From contig JAJYHX010000001.1 of the NCBI GenBank assembly GCA_021784575.1, forward strand, positions 23,280 through 87,279: DNA of 64,000 nt, written 5' to 3'. The DNA comes from Nitrospirota bacterium (GTDB taxonomy: Bacteria; Nitrospirota; JACRHJ01). The notes beneath the pieces were generated by a model. That model did no database searches, was not told the DNA's origin, and saw only the letters and a list, made by a program, of their open reading frames with translations. The stretch's first letter is position 1; every line of letters begins with the position of its first letter. This document shows, in pieces, positions 20,891-32,233 of this stretch. The position numbers and the translations under genes were made by a program.

Positions 20891-21298
20891 TTACCCGAGG
20901 AAGCGCCTGAGCCGGTTGGCTAACTTTAATTTGTTTTTCGTTTCGCATTCCCATACTACAAGCGCCTTCCAGCCGTTCGCCTTTAGGCTTCGCATTTGTT
21001 CGGCATCGCGCTCCACGTTACGTGCTAGCTTGCTCTGCCAAAAAGATACGTTCGATTGCGGCATGGTCGCTCGTTTGCATCCTTTGTGTTGATGCCAAAA
21101 ACAGCCGTGCACAAATATCGCCTTTCGTTTGCCGATGAAAACTATATCGGGTTCCCCCGGCAATTCTTCCCGATGAAGCCGGTACCGATAGCCTAATTCA
21201 TACACAATTTTGCGCACAGATATTTCCGGTTGTGTATCACGGCTGTGAACTGCACGCATGTTGGCGCTGCGGCGTTCGCTGGAGATTGTGTCCGTCAT
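20891..21298 (-). CDS. vsr: Very-short-patch-repair endonuclease.
   Basis: 'RDTQPEI..R...LGYRYRLH...LPGEPDIVF...KAIFVHGCFWHQH..C......P..N..FW..K...N..RD......LKANGWKALVVWECE'. The start was set to the ATG at 21298, which overlaps the upstream stop as ATGA. Confidence 0.85.
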   Translation of the reverse strand: MTDTISSERRSANMRAVHSRDTQPEISVRKIVYELGYRYRLHREELPGEPDIVFIGKRKAIFVHGCFWHQHKGCKRATMPQSNVSFWQSKLARNVERDAEQMRSLKANGWKALVVWECETKNKLKLANRLRRFLG

Positions 21299-21864
21299 TC
21301 CGCGAATTTTTTCCGCAGCCACTCGAAGACTGCCCTTTGTTCATCTTGTCCGGCACGCCTGACTTGCGACAGCAGCCAAATGCCCGTCGGTTTCTCGCCC
21401 GTGATGTTCTTCGCGCCTTGATTGCAGGTCGAACAAAGCGTCCGAAGATTTGACAGATCATCTAGGCCGCCAAGGCTTTTGTCTTTGACATGGCCGACAT
21501 GGAGCCTTACCTTGCGATTGGTAGCCGGGTCAATATCGCCCGGCGTGAGTCCGCACATTTGACAAGTGAAACCGTTACGGTCAAGAACTTCTGCGCGAAG
21601 CTTAGCAGATATGCCGCGCATAAACTTCACGTCCGGCTTTTCAGGCGGCTTTTCCTTCAGAATATATTCGCCCGGTTTAAGCGCCGTACTGTCATTGTGC
21701 GTGATTATCGGCCAACCCTCTTCATCACGTAATTCACGCACTCGACGTGCCCATTCACTTACGCCCGTACCTGCGGCGTTGCGAAGCTGAATTGATGTAA
21801 CTACCTGTCCGATATGAGCAAGCAGAAATTGTCTGATTAACTCCTTTGATCCGGGCTTACGCAT
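21295..21864 (-). CDS. HNH-family endonuclease with a ~100-aa N-terminal domain. Putative restriction endonuclease of the adjacent methyltransferase.
   Basis: 'CQMCG...HVGHVKDKSLGGLDDLSNLRTLCSTCN' HNH/His-Me finger. The gene overlaps the methyltransferase end by 8 nt and is overlapped by the vsr start. Confidence 0.7.
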   Translation of the reverse strand: MRKPGSKELIRQFLLAHIGQVVTSIQLRNAAGTGVSEWARRVRELRDEEGWPIITHNDSTALKPGEYILKEKPPEKPDVKFMRGISAKLRAEVLDRNGFTCQMCGLTPGDIDPATNRKVRLHVGHVKDKSLGGLDDLSNLRTLCSTCNQGAKNITGEKPTGIWLLSQVRRAGQDEQRAVFEWLRKKFAE

Positions 21865-22600
21865 TTAAGCGCCGCATCGCTGATTCTTGTTCCAAGTCCG
21901 ACATATATTGTAACAACTGCAACAATTGTTCTCCGATGAGTCGTGTATAGGCGGGCGGGATGGCTTCATTAATTTCGTTCTTGCTCATCCAGTCTATGCC
22001 CATCGCCTCTCGCGCAGCAGCGACTGTGCAGTTGCCGCCGCCTGTGACCTGAACAAAATCAACCCATTCGTTCGTCTTGCCGTAATGCGATTTTCGCTTA
22101 TCAAAAGTATGCACCTTCGGGTGCTTGCCGTGCGGCGGCGTTATTATTGAAAAATTTGCCTCAAACAGCCGATGCCGAAGCACGCGAAGACCGGGGAACA
22201 TTGTCCCGCATAAAACGACAGGCTCAGTTAAGGGTGCGCCTTCAACATTTTCTATTATATAAGGAAGTCCCGATTGAATAAGCAAGTCCCGCACTGGCTC
22301 AATTAGGCGCGGCCACTCATCGGCATTGCCGTTTCGTTTGGCAAGGTCTGAGTACGATTGACAAGGCGGTGATGCATGAACGGCGTCGAAAGAGGCTATG
22401 AATTTCGGATCAAGCGTGAGTGCGTCCGCCTGTATGAAAGCGAAAGGATAATTCGGTTGCGGATCAATATCGACTCCAACTACTTCAAAGCCTGCTTGGC
22501 TGTAACCTTTTCCGGCACCTCCAGCACAGCAAAAAAGATCAAGGAGCCGAAACCTCTTCTGTTTAGGTATTTTTTTCTTCGGTCTAAATATCAGGCTCAT
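21857..22600 (-). CDS. DNA (cytosine-5)-methyltransferase, unusually short at 247 aa.
   Basis: Motif I 'LDLFCCAGGAGKGY', motif IV 'ASPPCQSYS', motif VI 'YIIENV', motif VIII 'LRHRLF' and motif X-like 'EINEAIPPAYTRLIGEQL'. There is almost no target-recognition region between motifs VIII and IX/X. Confidence 0.8.
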   Translation of the reverse strand: MSLIFRPKKKIPKQKRFRLLDLFCCAGGAGKGYSQAGFEVVGVDIDPQPNYPFAFIQADALTLDPKFIASFDAVHASPPCQSYSDLAKRNGNADEWPRLIEPVRDLLIQSGLPYIIENVEGAPLTEPVVLCGTMFPGLRVLRHRLFEANFSIITPPHGKHPKVHTFDKRKSHYGKTNEWVDFVQVTGGGNCTVAAAREAMGIDWMSKNEINEAIPPAYTRLIGEQLLQLLQYMSDLEQESAMRRLNA

Positions 22601-22650
22601 TTTGTACTCTATCGAAAATTTAACACAAATATCTTTTCAATTCAATATGT

Positions 22651-25140
22651 TTATTCGGCCTCCCCGCCTTCCGCCTCCGGGAGCGCGCCGCCCCCGTTCT
22701 CATCTTTTTCCGCGAGCTTGGCGATGCTAACCACCTTGTCGCCTTCGCCCACGTCGAGGAACTTCACGCCCTTTGTGTTGCGACCAATGACGGAGACGCC
22801 CTTGACGGGCATACGGAGGATTTTGCCGTTCGTCGTAACCATCATCACTTCGTCGGAGTCGTCCACGGCGGCGATGCCTATGACGTTGCCGTTCCTGCCG
22901 CCGGTCTTGATATTGATAAGCCCCATGCCGCCCCTGGCCTGGGTGCGGTATTCGCTGGCCTTCGTGCGCTTGCCGAAGCCCGTCTCCGTGGCGCATAGGA
23001 TGGTCTCGTTCTCGCTTACGATAAGCTCCATCCCGACCACTTCGTCGTCTTTTTTAAGCTTAATCCCGCGCACGCCCGTTGCGCCCCGGCCCATGTCCCG
23101 CACGTCCGATTCCGCGAAGCGTATCGCCATGCCCGCTTTTGTCGCCAGCAGGACTTCGTCCTTCCCGCTTGTCTGCCGAACGTCTATTAGCCTGTCGCCT
23201 TCTTTCAGGTTAATGGCGATAATCCCTGCCGCGCGCGGGTTGCCGTATGCGGAGAGCGCGGTCTTCTTGACCGTCCCGCCGGACGTGGCCATGACAAGGA
23301 ACGCGTCGTCCGTAAATTCCCTCACCGGCAGGACAGCCGTCACCTGCTCGTCCGAGGACTTGTTGATGAGGTTTACCATAGCCTTGCCGCGTGCCGTTCT
23401 TCCGGCCTCCGGCACCTGGTATACCTTCATCCAGTAGACCCGGCCCTTGTCCGTGAAGAACAGGAGGTAGTCGTGCGTGGAGGCGGTAAAAAGCCTTTCG
23501 ACGAAGTCCTCTTCCTTCGTCTCCATGCCTATCTTTCCCTTGCCGCCTCTCCTCTGGCTTCTGTAGAGTGTAAGCGGGTTTCTCTTTATGTAGCCCGTGT
23601 GCGAGATGGTAATGACCATCTCCTCTTCGGCGATAAGGTCTTCGACGGTCAGTTCCGTGGACTCTTCCGCAATCTCCGTCCTGCGGTTGTCCCCGTAGGC
23701 CTCTTTTATCTTGAGGATTTCCTCCCTGATTATCTCCATAACCATCCTGTCGGAGGCAAGAACGGATTTCAGATATTCGATTAGCTTCAGGGTTTCTTTG
23801 TAGTCCGCGATTATCTTGTCGCGCTCAAGGCCCGTGAGGCGCTGGAGCTTCATATCGAGGATGGCCTGGGCCTGGATCTCGCTGAGGCCGAACTTCACCG
23901 TCAGGCCGTTCCTGGCCTCCTCCGGGCTGGCCGCGGCGCGGATAAGCTTGATTACGGCATCAAGGTTATCGAGCGCTATTTTGAGGCCTTCCAGTATGTG
24001 GGCCTTCTCTTCGGCCTTCCTAAGCTCGAAGCGCGTCCGGCGTATAACAATCTCCTTCCGGTGCGCGATGAAGAGCGTCAGCATCTGGCGGAGGTCGAGG
24101 ACGCGCGGCTGGTTGTTCACGAGCGCCAGCATGATTACGCCGAAGGTGGACTGCATCGCCGTGAACTTGTACAGCTGGTTCAGTATAACGGACGCGATTT
24201 CGCCGCGTTTAAGCTCCAGGACGATTCTCATGCCGTCCCTGTCGGACTCGTCCCTGATGTCGGAGACGCCGGAGATCTTCTTATCCCGCACGAGCTCGGC
24301 TATTTTCTCAATCAGCCGCGCCTTGTTCACCTGATAGGGAAGCTCGGTGATTATTATCGCCTCCCTGTCTCCCTTGTCCATCGGGACAATCTCGGCGCGC
24401 GCGCGCACCTGTATCGACCCGCGCCCGTGCATGTAGGCTTCTTCGATCCCGCGCCTGCCGTAGATTATGCCCGCGGTCGGGAAGTCCGGGCCTTTTATCG
24501 CCTTCATAAGCTCGAAGACGGTCGCCTTCGGGTTGTCGATGAGCATCAGGACGCCGTCGGACACCTCGCGCAGGTTGTGCGGCGGGATGTTCGTGGCCAT
24601 GCCGACCGCGATGCCCGTGGAGCCGTTTATCAGCAGGTTCGGGATGCGCGCGGGGAGCACCGTCGGCTCAAACATGGATTCGTCGTAGTTCGGCGCGAAG
24701 TCCACCGTCTCTTTTTCGATGTCGGAGAGCATCTCGTCCGTTATGCGCTCCATCCGCACCTCGGTATACCTCATCGCGGCGGGCGGGTCTCCGTCCACGG
24801 AGCCGAAGTTCCCCTGGCCGTCCACGAGCGGATAGCGCATGGAGAAGTCCTGCGCGAGCCGGACAATCGTGTCGTATACCGCGGCATCGCCGTGCGGGTG
24901 GTATTTGCCTATCACGTCGCCGACGACGCGGGCGGATTTCTTGTAAGGCTTGCCGCGCGTGAGGCCAAGCTCGTGCATGGCATAGAGCACGCGCCTGTGG
25001 ACGGGTTTTAAGCCGTCGCGCACGTCGGGGAGCGCACGTCCCACGATTACGCTCATCGCGTAGTCGAGGTAGGAGGTCTTCATCTCCTCTTCGATGTTTA
25101 CGGTCGGGACAAGTGATTTATTTTCGTCGAGTGGAGTCAT
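22651..25140 (-). CDS. gyrA: DNA gyrase subunit A.
   Basis: 'HPHGD', 'AMRYTE' active-site Tyr region, and the C-terminal beta-pinwheel repeats. Confidence 0.95.
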   Translation of the reverse strand: MTPLDENKSLVPTVNIEEEMKTSYLDYAMSVIVGRALPDVRDGLKPVHRRVLYAMHELGLTRGKPYKKSARVVGDVIGKYHPHGDAAVYDTIVRLAQDFSMRYPLVDGQGNFGSVDGDPPAAMRYTEVRMERITDEMLSDIEKETVDFAPNYDESMFEPTVLPARIPNLLINGSTGIAVGMATNIPPHNLREVSDGVLMLIDNPKATVFELMKAIKGPDFPTAGIIYGRRGIEEAYMHGRGSIQVRARAEIVPMDKGDREAIIITELPYQVNKARLIEKIAELVRDKKISGVSDIRDESDRDGMRIVLELKRGEIASVILNQLYKFTAMQSTFGVIMLALVNNQPRVLDLRQMLTLFIAHRKEIVIRRTRFELRKAEEKAHILEGLKIALDNLDAVIKLIRAAASPEEARNGLTVKFGLSEIQAQAILDMKLQRLTGLERDKIIADYKETLKLIEYLKSVLASDRMVMEIIREEILKIKEAYGDNRRTEIAEESTELTVEDLIAEEEMVITISHTGYIKRNPLTLYRSQRRGGKGKIGMETKEEDFVERLFTASTHDYLLFFTDKGRVYWMKVYQVPEAGRTARGKAMVNLINKSSDEQVTAVLPVREFTDDAFLVMATSGGTVKKTALSAYGNPRAAGIIAINLKEGDRLIDVRQTSGKDEVLLATKAGMAIRFAESDVRDMGRGATGVRGIKLKKDDEVVGMELIVSENETILCATETGFGKRTKASEYRTQARGGMGLINIKTGGRNGNVIGIAAVDDSDEVMMVTTNGKILRMPVKGVSVIGRNTKGVKFLDVGEGDKVVSIAKLAEKDENGGGALPEAEGGEAE

Positions 25141-25403
25141 TAAATTCCTCTGTATGCTTCTTTCCGATAGGCTATTCTATAAATAGTTATTTCTTTAATA
25201 TCCTCGTCTATCGAATACAATATCCTGAGGCGGCCAATCCTTATCCGCCAATCATTTTCATATCCCTTTAATTTGCGGGAACCTATTGGCCGGGGATGGA
25301 CCGAAAGAGTTCCAATGGCCGTCGAAACTCGCTCATAATCGGCGTTGCTTAATAATGCTATCTCTTTCTCCGCCTTTTTCGTGAGTCTTATCCTATAGCT
25401 CAC
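25140..25403 (-). CDS. RelE/ParE-superfamily type II toxin.
   Basis: 87 aa. '[14 protein letters not shown]...[50 protein letters not shown]'. Its TAA stop overlaps the gyrA ATG as TAATG. Confidence 0.75.
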   Translation of the reverse strand: MSYRIRLTKKAEKEIALLSNADYERVSTAIGTLSVHPRPIGSRKLKGYENDWRIRIGRLRILYSIDEDIKEITIYRIAYRKEAYRGI

Positions 25404-25603
25404 TTCTTCAGGCCCCGCCGCCTGTCCTCTCTCTTCTTTACTTCTTCCCAGGAAACCGTCGGCTCGTTTCTCACTTCGTCAATCAGCTTCGCATCAATTA
25501 CGTCCTGCGCGAGTTCAATCAATTCCTGATAATCTTTATACGGCAGGAGCACGCTTTTCTTCCGGCCTTTTTTATCGACAACAAATTGCGGACGCATTGT
25601 CAT
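25400..25603 (-). CDS. Phd/YefM-like antitoxin.
   Basis: 'MTMRPQFVVDKKGRKKSVLLPYKDYQELIELAQDVIDAKLIDEVRNEP'. It overlaps the toxin start by 4 nt. The chosen ATG at 25603 lies 14 nt inside the gyrB 3' end. Confidence 0.55.
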   Translation of the reverse strand: MTMRPQFVVDKKGRKKSVLLPYKDYQELIELAQDVIDAKLIDEVRNEPTVSWEEVKKREDRRRGLKK

Positions 25604-25616
25604 TTTGTTACCTCTT

Positions 25617-28040
<2,424 letters not shown>

Positions 28041-28081
28041 TTATATCTCCTTAAAATCAAAATCCAAACCGTCTTTTTCTT

Positions 28082-28636
28082 TCACGAGCGGTCTATCTTC
28101 CGTTCCGGAAGGAGAACTTCCTTCAGTATCTCCTCCGCCTGCTCCCGGACGCCGCCTTTTCCGAGATTTTCCTTGCCGGCCATCTCCTCCACGTCAATCC
28201 TGACAATCTCCGTTCTTGCAAGCTTCTCCGGCAAATAACCGCCAAAGCCGCCTTCCGGCTGGTATTTCTCCATCAGAAGGCCAAAAGCGGCCATCCGTTC
28301 CGTCTCGTCCCACACTATCCGCGCCCGCCCTTTTGCGACGACGCTCCGGTATAGGTACCCGGCCTGGCACGGCTGATCCTTTGCGCGCTGAAAAGCCACC
28401 GGCAGGTCCGCTTCGAAGCAGACCCGACCATCTCTTTTTATGTCGTCTATCTTTTCGCCATCCCTTGCGGAGTGGAAGTATATCCGGCCCGCGCTGTAAG
28501 CGAAATTCAACGGTTTTATCATCGGCCTGCCGTCTTTGGCTATCGTGCCCAGGCGGCCAACCCTGCAACCTGCCGGAAGAGACTCGGCTGCCTCTTTTGA
28601 TATTTCTTTTTCCTTGCGTCTCATCTCTATCCGCAC
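28082..28636 (-). CDS. Pyridoxamine-5'-phosphate-oxidase-like FMN-binding family protein.
   Basis: Split-barrel-like pattern 'GRLGTIAKDGRPMIKPLNFAY..GRIYFHSA..GEKIDDIKRDGRVCFEAD' and length. Confidence 0.5.
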   Translation of the reverse strand: MRIEMRRKEKEISKEAAESLPAGCRVGRLGTIAKDGRPMIKPLNFAYSAGRIYFHSARDGEKIDDIKRDGRVCFEADLPVAFQRAKDQPCQAGYLYRSVVAKGRARIVWDETERMAAFGLLMEKYQPEGGFGGYLPEKLARTEIVRIDVEEMAGKENLGKGGVREQAEEILKEVLLPERKIDRS

Positions 28637-28642
28637 TGAAGG

Positions 28643-29758
28643 CTATACCCGCATCGGCATCACGACGCACTTATACGACTCGCCGCCGGCCTGGCTTATT
28701 ATGCAGGGAGATAGGTTGTCCTTTAAGAGCAGGCTTACCTTGTCCTGGTCCATAACGGAGAGCGCGTCGAGCAGGTATTTCGCGTTGAAGCCGACTTCCA
28801 GCTCCTGTCCGCCGTATTCCACCGGAAGCTCCTCCCTTGCCTCGCCTATCTCCGGGTTCTGGGAGGTAAGGGCCGCCTTTTCCTTCGACAGGACAAACTT
28901 CACGGCGTTCGTGCGCTCGCGGGAGAGAAGCGAGACGCGCCTCAGGGCCGCCGTAAGGAGCGTCTTCTCGACGGATACGGATTTGTCGTTCGACGTCGGT
29001 ATGACCTGCTCGTAGTTGGGGTAGTTGCCCTCTATCAGGCGCGTAACGAGGTAGAGCGAGCCCAGGCGGAATACGACATGGTTCTTGGAGAGCGCCATCA
29101 TAAGCTCCGTCTCTCCCTCGTCGAGGAGTTTTTTTAGTTCCGAGGCGGATTTTTTGGGTATTATGGCCGTCCCGGGGGCGGCCTTGGCGGAGATCCTGCG
29201 CTTCAGGACGGCCAGGCGATGGCCGTCCGTGCCCACCATTTCTATCTGTGAGCCGCCATCCTGCGAGGTTATGGCCATATAGATGCCGTTTAGGACATAT
29301 CTCGTGTCGTTGTCTCCGGCGGCGAAGATGGTCTTCCGTATAAGTTCGTGCATCAGGAGCGGGTCTATCGGAACAAACTCGGCCCCTTCCATCTCCGGAA
29401 GCGTCGGGAATTCCTCCCTGGCCAGACCTGTAAACCTGAATGTCGCCTTCCCGCTCTTTATCGTGGCCCAGTTGTTCTCCGCGCTCTCCACGGAGACCTC
29501 TTCCTCCGGCAGTTCCCGGACAATCTCGAAGAGCTTCCTGGCCGAAAGCGTCACCCCGCCAGGCTCCGCCACCTCCGCCTGATAGACGCCCTTAAGGCCT
29601 ATTTCGAGGTCCGTCGCGGTAATGGCGATGCCCCCGCCGCCATCGACGGTCTCTATCAGGGCATTGCTCAAAACCGGCATTGTATTGCGCCTGTCCGCCA
29701 CGGACTGCACCCTCGACAGGCCCTTGAGGAACTCTTCCTTTTTGATCAGAAATTTCAT
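28643..29758 (-). CDS. dnaN: DNA polymerase III beta sliding clamp.
   Basis: 'MKFLIKKEEFLKGLSRVQ', three-domain length, and the C-terminal 'CVVMPMRV'. Start at ATG 29758 behind an AAAGGGG RBS. Confidence 0.9.
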   Translation of the reverse strand: MKFLIKKEEFLKGLSRVQSVADRRNTMPVLSNALIETVDGGGGIAITATDLEIGLKGVYQAEVAEPGGVTLSARKLFEIVRELPEEEVSVESAENNWATIKSGKATFRFTGLAREEFPTLPEMEGAEFVPIDPLLMHELIRKTIFAAGDNDTRYVLNGIYMAITSQDGGSQIEMVGTDGHRLAVLKRRISAKAAPGTAIIPKKSASELKKLLDEGETELMMALSKNHVVFRLGSLYLVTRLIEGNYPNYEQVIPTSNDKSVSVEKTLLTAALRRVSLLSRERTNAVKFVLSKEKAALTSQNPEIGEAREELPVEYGGQELEVGFNAKYLLDALSVMDQDKVSLLLKDNLSPCIISQAGGESYKCVVMPMRV

Positions 29759-29784
29759 TGGAGCCCCTTTCTCAGATAATTTAT

Positions 29785-29882
29785 TAACCCTTTGCTTTTC
29801 TTTCACGAGAAAGAAAAGTAAAACAAAAGAAAGCAAAACCTTATGTCCGGACTTTCCTTTGTTACTTTCTTTTCTCCCGAAA
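29785..29882. repeat. Composite palindromic repeat element in the dnaN-dnaA spacer, consisting of two hairpins.
   Basis: Hairpin 1 is CTTTTCTTTC-acga-GAAAGAAAAG (29785-29808). A spacer then contains CAAAAGAAAGC. Hairpin 2 is GTTACTTTCTTTTC-tccc-GAAAAGAAAGTAAC (29851-29882), a perfect 14-bp stem. Confidence 0.8.
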
Positions 29883-29896
29883 AGAAAGTAACGACT

Positions 29897-31288
29897 TTAT
29901 CCCTTAACCGCTTTTGCCAGAGCCTCGACCTCCGCGTCGAATTTTATGTCGTTTGCGCGCCGCTCGTCCACCTGGCGGCAAGCATGGAGAACCGTGGTGT
30001 GGTCCTTGCCGCCGAACGCCTTCCCGACCTCCGGGAACGAGCCGCCTGCGACAGTCCTGCAAAGATACATCGCCACCTGCCGGGGCTGGACGAGGTTCCT
30101 GGTGCGCTTCTTGGACTTTATCTCGGATATTTTTATCTGGAAGTGGTCCGCCACGAGCTTTATTATCTCGTCGAGGCCGATTACCCGCTCCTTTTCGGCG
30201 ATGATGTCCCTTAGCACCACCCTCGCAAGCTCCAGGGTTATCTGGCGGCCCGTAAGGGATGCATATGCTCCAAGGCGAATAAGCGAACCTTCCAGTTCCC
30301 TGATATTAGACTTTATGTTGTTTGCCAGGAACATAGACACGTCATCCGGGACGGTTATCCCATCCTGCTCCGCCTTCTTGGCTACGATTGCCGCCTTTGT
30401 CTCCATGTCCGGGGGCTGAATATCCGCTATAAGACCCCACTCAAAGCGCGACCGTAGGCGTTCCTCCATGTCCGGCATCTCCTTCGGGAAGCGGTCGGAG
30501 GACAGGACAATCTGTCTGCCATATTCGTGTAACGTATTGAAAGTATGAAAAAATTCCTCCTGCGTGCGCTCCTTTCCGGCAATGAACTGTATGTCGTCTA
30601 TAACCAGAAGGTCGGTATTTCTGTATTTATTGCGAAACTCCGTCATGCGGTTATAGTGAATGGCGGTGATAAGCTCGTTCGTGAACTCCTCGGAGGTAAG
30701 AAATGTTATCCTGGTCTTTGGGGAGTGTTCCTTTATATACGCGCAGATGGCCGAAAGGAGGTGGGTCTTGCCAAGACCCACGCCCCCGTATACAAACAGG
30801 GGGTTATAGGCCCTGGCGGGGTTTTCCGCAACGGCCTTTGCCGCGGCATGGGCGAACTCGTTGGACTTGCCGACGACAAAATTACTGAATGTATATTTCG
30901 GGTTGAAACCGTGTGGTTTCCTGGCCTTCTGCTGCTCGGCCCCAGGCGCGTCACGGAGGAGAGCCGGCGGGGTTTCGTCCTTTCCGTCTCCGGCCTCCGC
31001 CCCTTCTTTGCCGTAATTCCCGCCATGGCCAAAACCCTTTGATATGTGAAACGAAAGGGCTATCTCGTCCCTTTCGAGGACCTCCTTTAAGACTCGCGTC
31101 AGAATATCGAAATAATGTTCAAGCAGCCACTCCTTGAAGAACTTGTTCGGGACGTTTAAGGCGACCCCTGTCGCGTCAATGGACTTCAGTCTTACCGGGC
31201 GAATCCAGGTATCGAAGTTCTGACGGCTTACCTCCCTCGAGATAAGCTCCTGCGCCTCAGACCAGATATCCTTTGCAACTTCCTGCAT
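29897..31288 (-). CDS. dnaA: Chromosomal replication initiator DnaA.
   Basis: 'GGVGLGKTHLL' Walker A, 'LLVIDDIQF', and the C-terminal DNA-binding 'VAMYLCR..'. Confidence 0.95.
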   Translation of the reverse strand: MQEVAKDIWSEAQELISREVSRQNFDTWIRPVRLKSIDATGVALNVPNKFFKEWLLEHYFDILTRVLKEVLERDEIALSFHISKGFGHGGNYGKEGAEAGDGKDETPPALLRDAPGAEQQKARKPHGFNPKYTFSNFVVGKSNEFAHAAAKAVAENPARAYNPLFVYGGVGLGKTHLLSAICAYIKEHSPKTRITFLTSEEFTNELITAIHYNRMTEFRNKYRNTDLLVIDDIQFIAGKERTQEEFFHTFNTLHEYGRQIVLSSDRFPKEMPDMEERLRSRFEWGLIADIQPPDMETKAAIVAKKAEQDGITVPDDVSMFLANNIKSNIRELEGSLIRLGAYASLTGRQITLELARVVLRDIIAEKERVIGLDEIIKLVADHFQIKISEIKSKKRTRNLVQPRQVAMYLCRTVAGGSFPEVGKAFGGKDHTTVLHACRQVDERRANDIKFDAEVEALAKAVKG

Positions 31289-32009
31289 AATCTTTCCTGA
31301 TAAACCAAGAAAACGTTGAGAGTCAAAAGATTTTTGGATTAAAACCGCAGGTTTAAGTTACTCACACCGTTTTCCACACCTGTTGATAAACCTGATATTA
31401 TTTTATTTTTCAATAACTTTAACCCCATAAACCTGCGTTTGGGGCGTTATTTTTCACAGGATTTAAGTCCTCGTTTTTTCATCGTTTTATAAGTTTAAAA
31501 AATGGCATCCAGCTGCTGCTTTTAATGCCTTGCTTCGTCTGCTTCGGCAAGAATGGCAGAATACGCCATATTAACAGAAGCGGGGTGTCTTAATCAAGAT
31601 ATTTCTATTATGGCCTGGAAAGTTTAAGAACCTGTTAATTCAAGAATTTTCAAAACCTTAAACGACAGTTTGAGGCCGCGCGGGAATACATAAACAACAT
31701 GTTTCCACACAGGAATTTCACGTGGTCTCCCGTTGTTTTTTTAAGGGCTTACTCTCTGTTTTCACATCTTCACAACTAATGACTATTAGTGTTACTATTT
31801 CTCTAAACTTTAAATAGGGGGATAAGGAACGAATTTTTAGCCTGAATGGTAGTGTCCTAATTTGAATTCCTTAGATAAAAAGGCCGTATTTTGACGGCAT
31901 TTTTCATTTTATGCCTTGACAAATGTAATTATTATAATTAATATAGTTTTTTAGAAGAAAATAAAAAACCCACGGATAAAGTGGGGAGCGGAGCTGCAAG
32001 TTTTTAGCC
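31289..32009. other. Putative oriC region / dnaA promoter region.
   Basis: AT-rich non-coding stretch next to dnaA. Degenerate DnaA-box-like 9-mers include TTTTCCACA (31370-31378), TGTTGATAA (31381-31389) and GTTTCCACA (31701-31709). An AT-rich DUE-like run lies at 31921-31970. Confidence 0.5.
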
Positions 32010-32132
32010 TACCTGCCGCACTTGGGGCCGATAGGCTTGGGGTTGGAGCGTGTATGGGCCTTGACCTTTACGGCGTTCTTTGCCCCGGTCTTCTTCACCC
32101 TTTCGGGACGACAGATGACCTTGGTTGCCATG
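32010..32132 (-). CDS. Candidate small basic protein (40 aa) of unknown function.
   Basis: Not in the ORF track. The ATG is preceded by GAAAGGAGAAAGAC, a strong SD 6 nt upstream. The product is 'MATKVICRPERVKKTGAKNAVKVKAHTRSNPKPIGPKCGR', and no family was recognised. Confidence 0.3.
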
Positions 32133-32185
32133 TCTTTCTCCTTTCTCGACGGCTATGGGAACCGCCGTGCCACTATACAGCGGTT

Positions 32186-32231
32186 GCCGTTAGAAAAGAA
32201 AAAGGACTCCGCCCCCCGCTATATCGGTGGG
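32186..32231 (-). terminator. Putative terminator downstream of the defence operon (possibly bidirectional).
   Basis: A GCCCCCC-gctatatc-GGTGGGC hairpin (32209-32231) is flanked by a T-run on both strands: TTTATTTTG on the plus strand and TTTTTCTTTTC on the minus strand. Confidence 0.35.
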
Positions 32232-32233
32232 CT

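Noticed and set aside
22376-23437. 353-aa plus-strand ORF antisense to gyrA.
   Set aside because: It overlaps gyrA completely. The Ser/Pro/Thr-rich low-complexity translation is characteristic of a spurious frame in GC-rich DNA.
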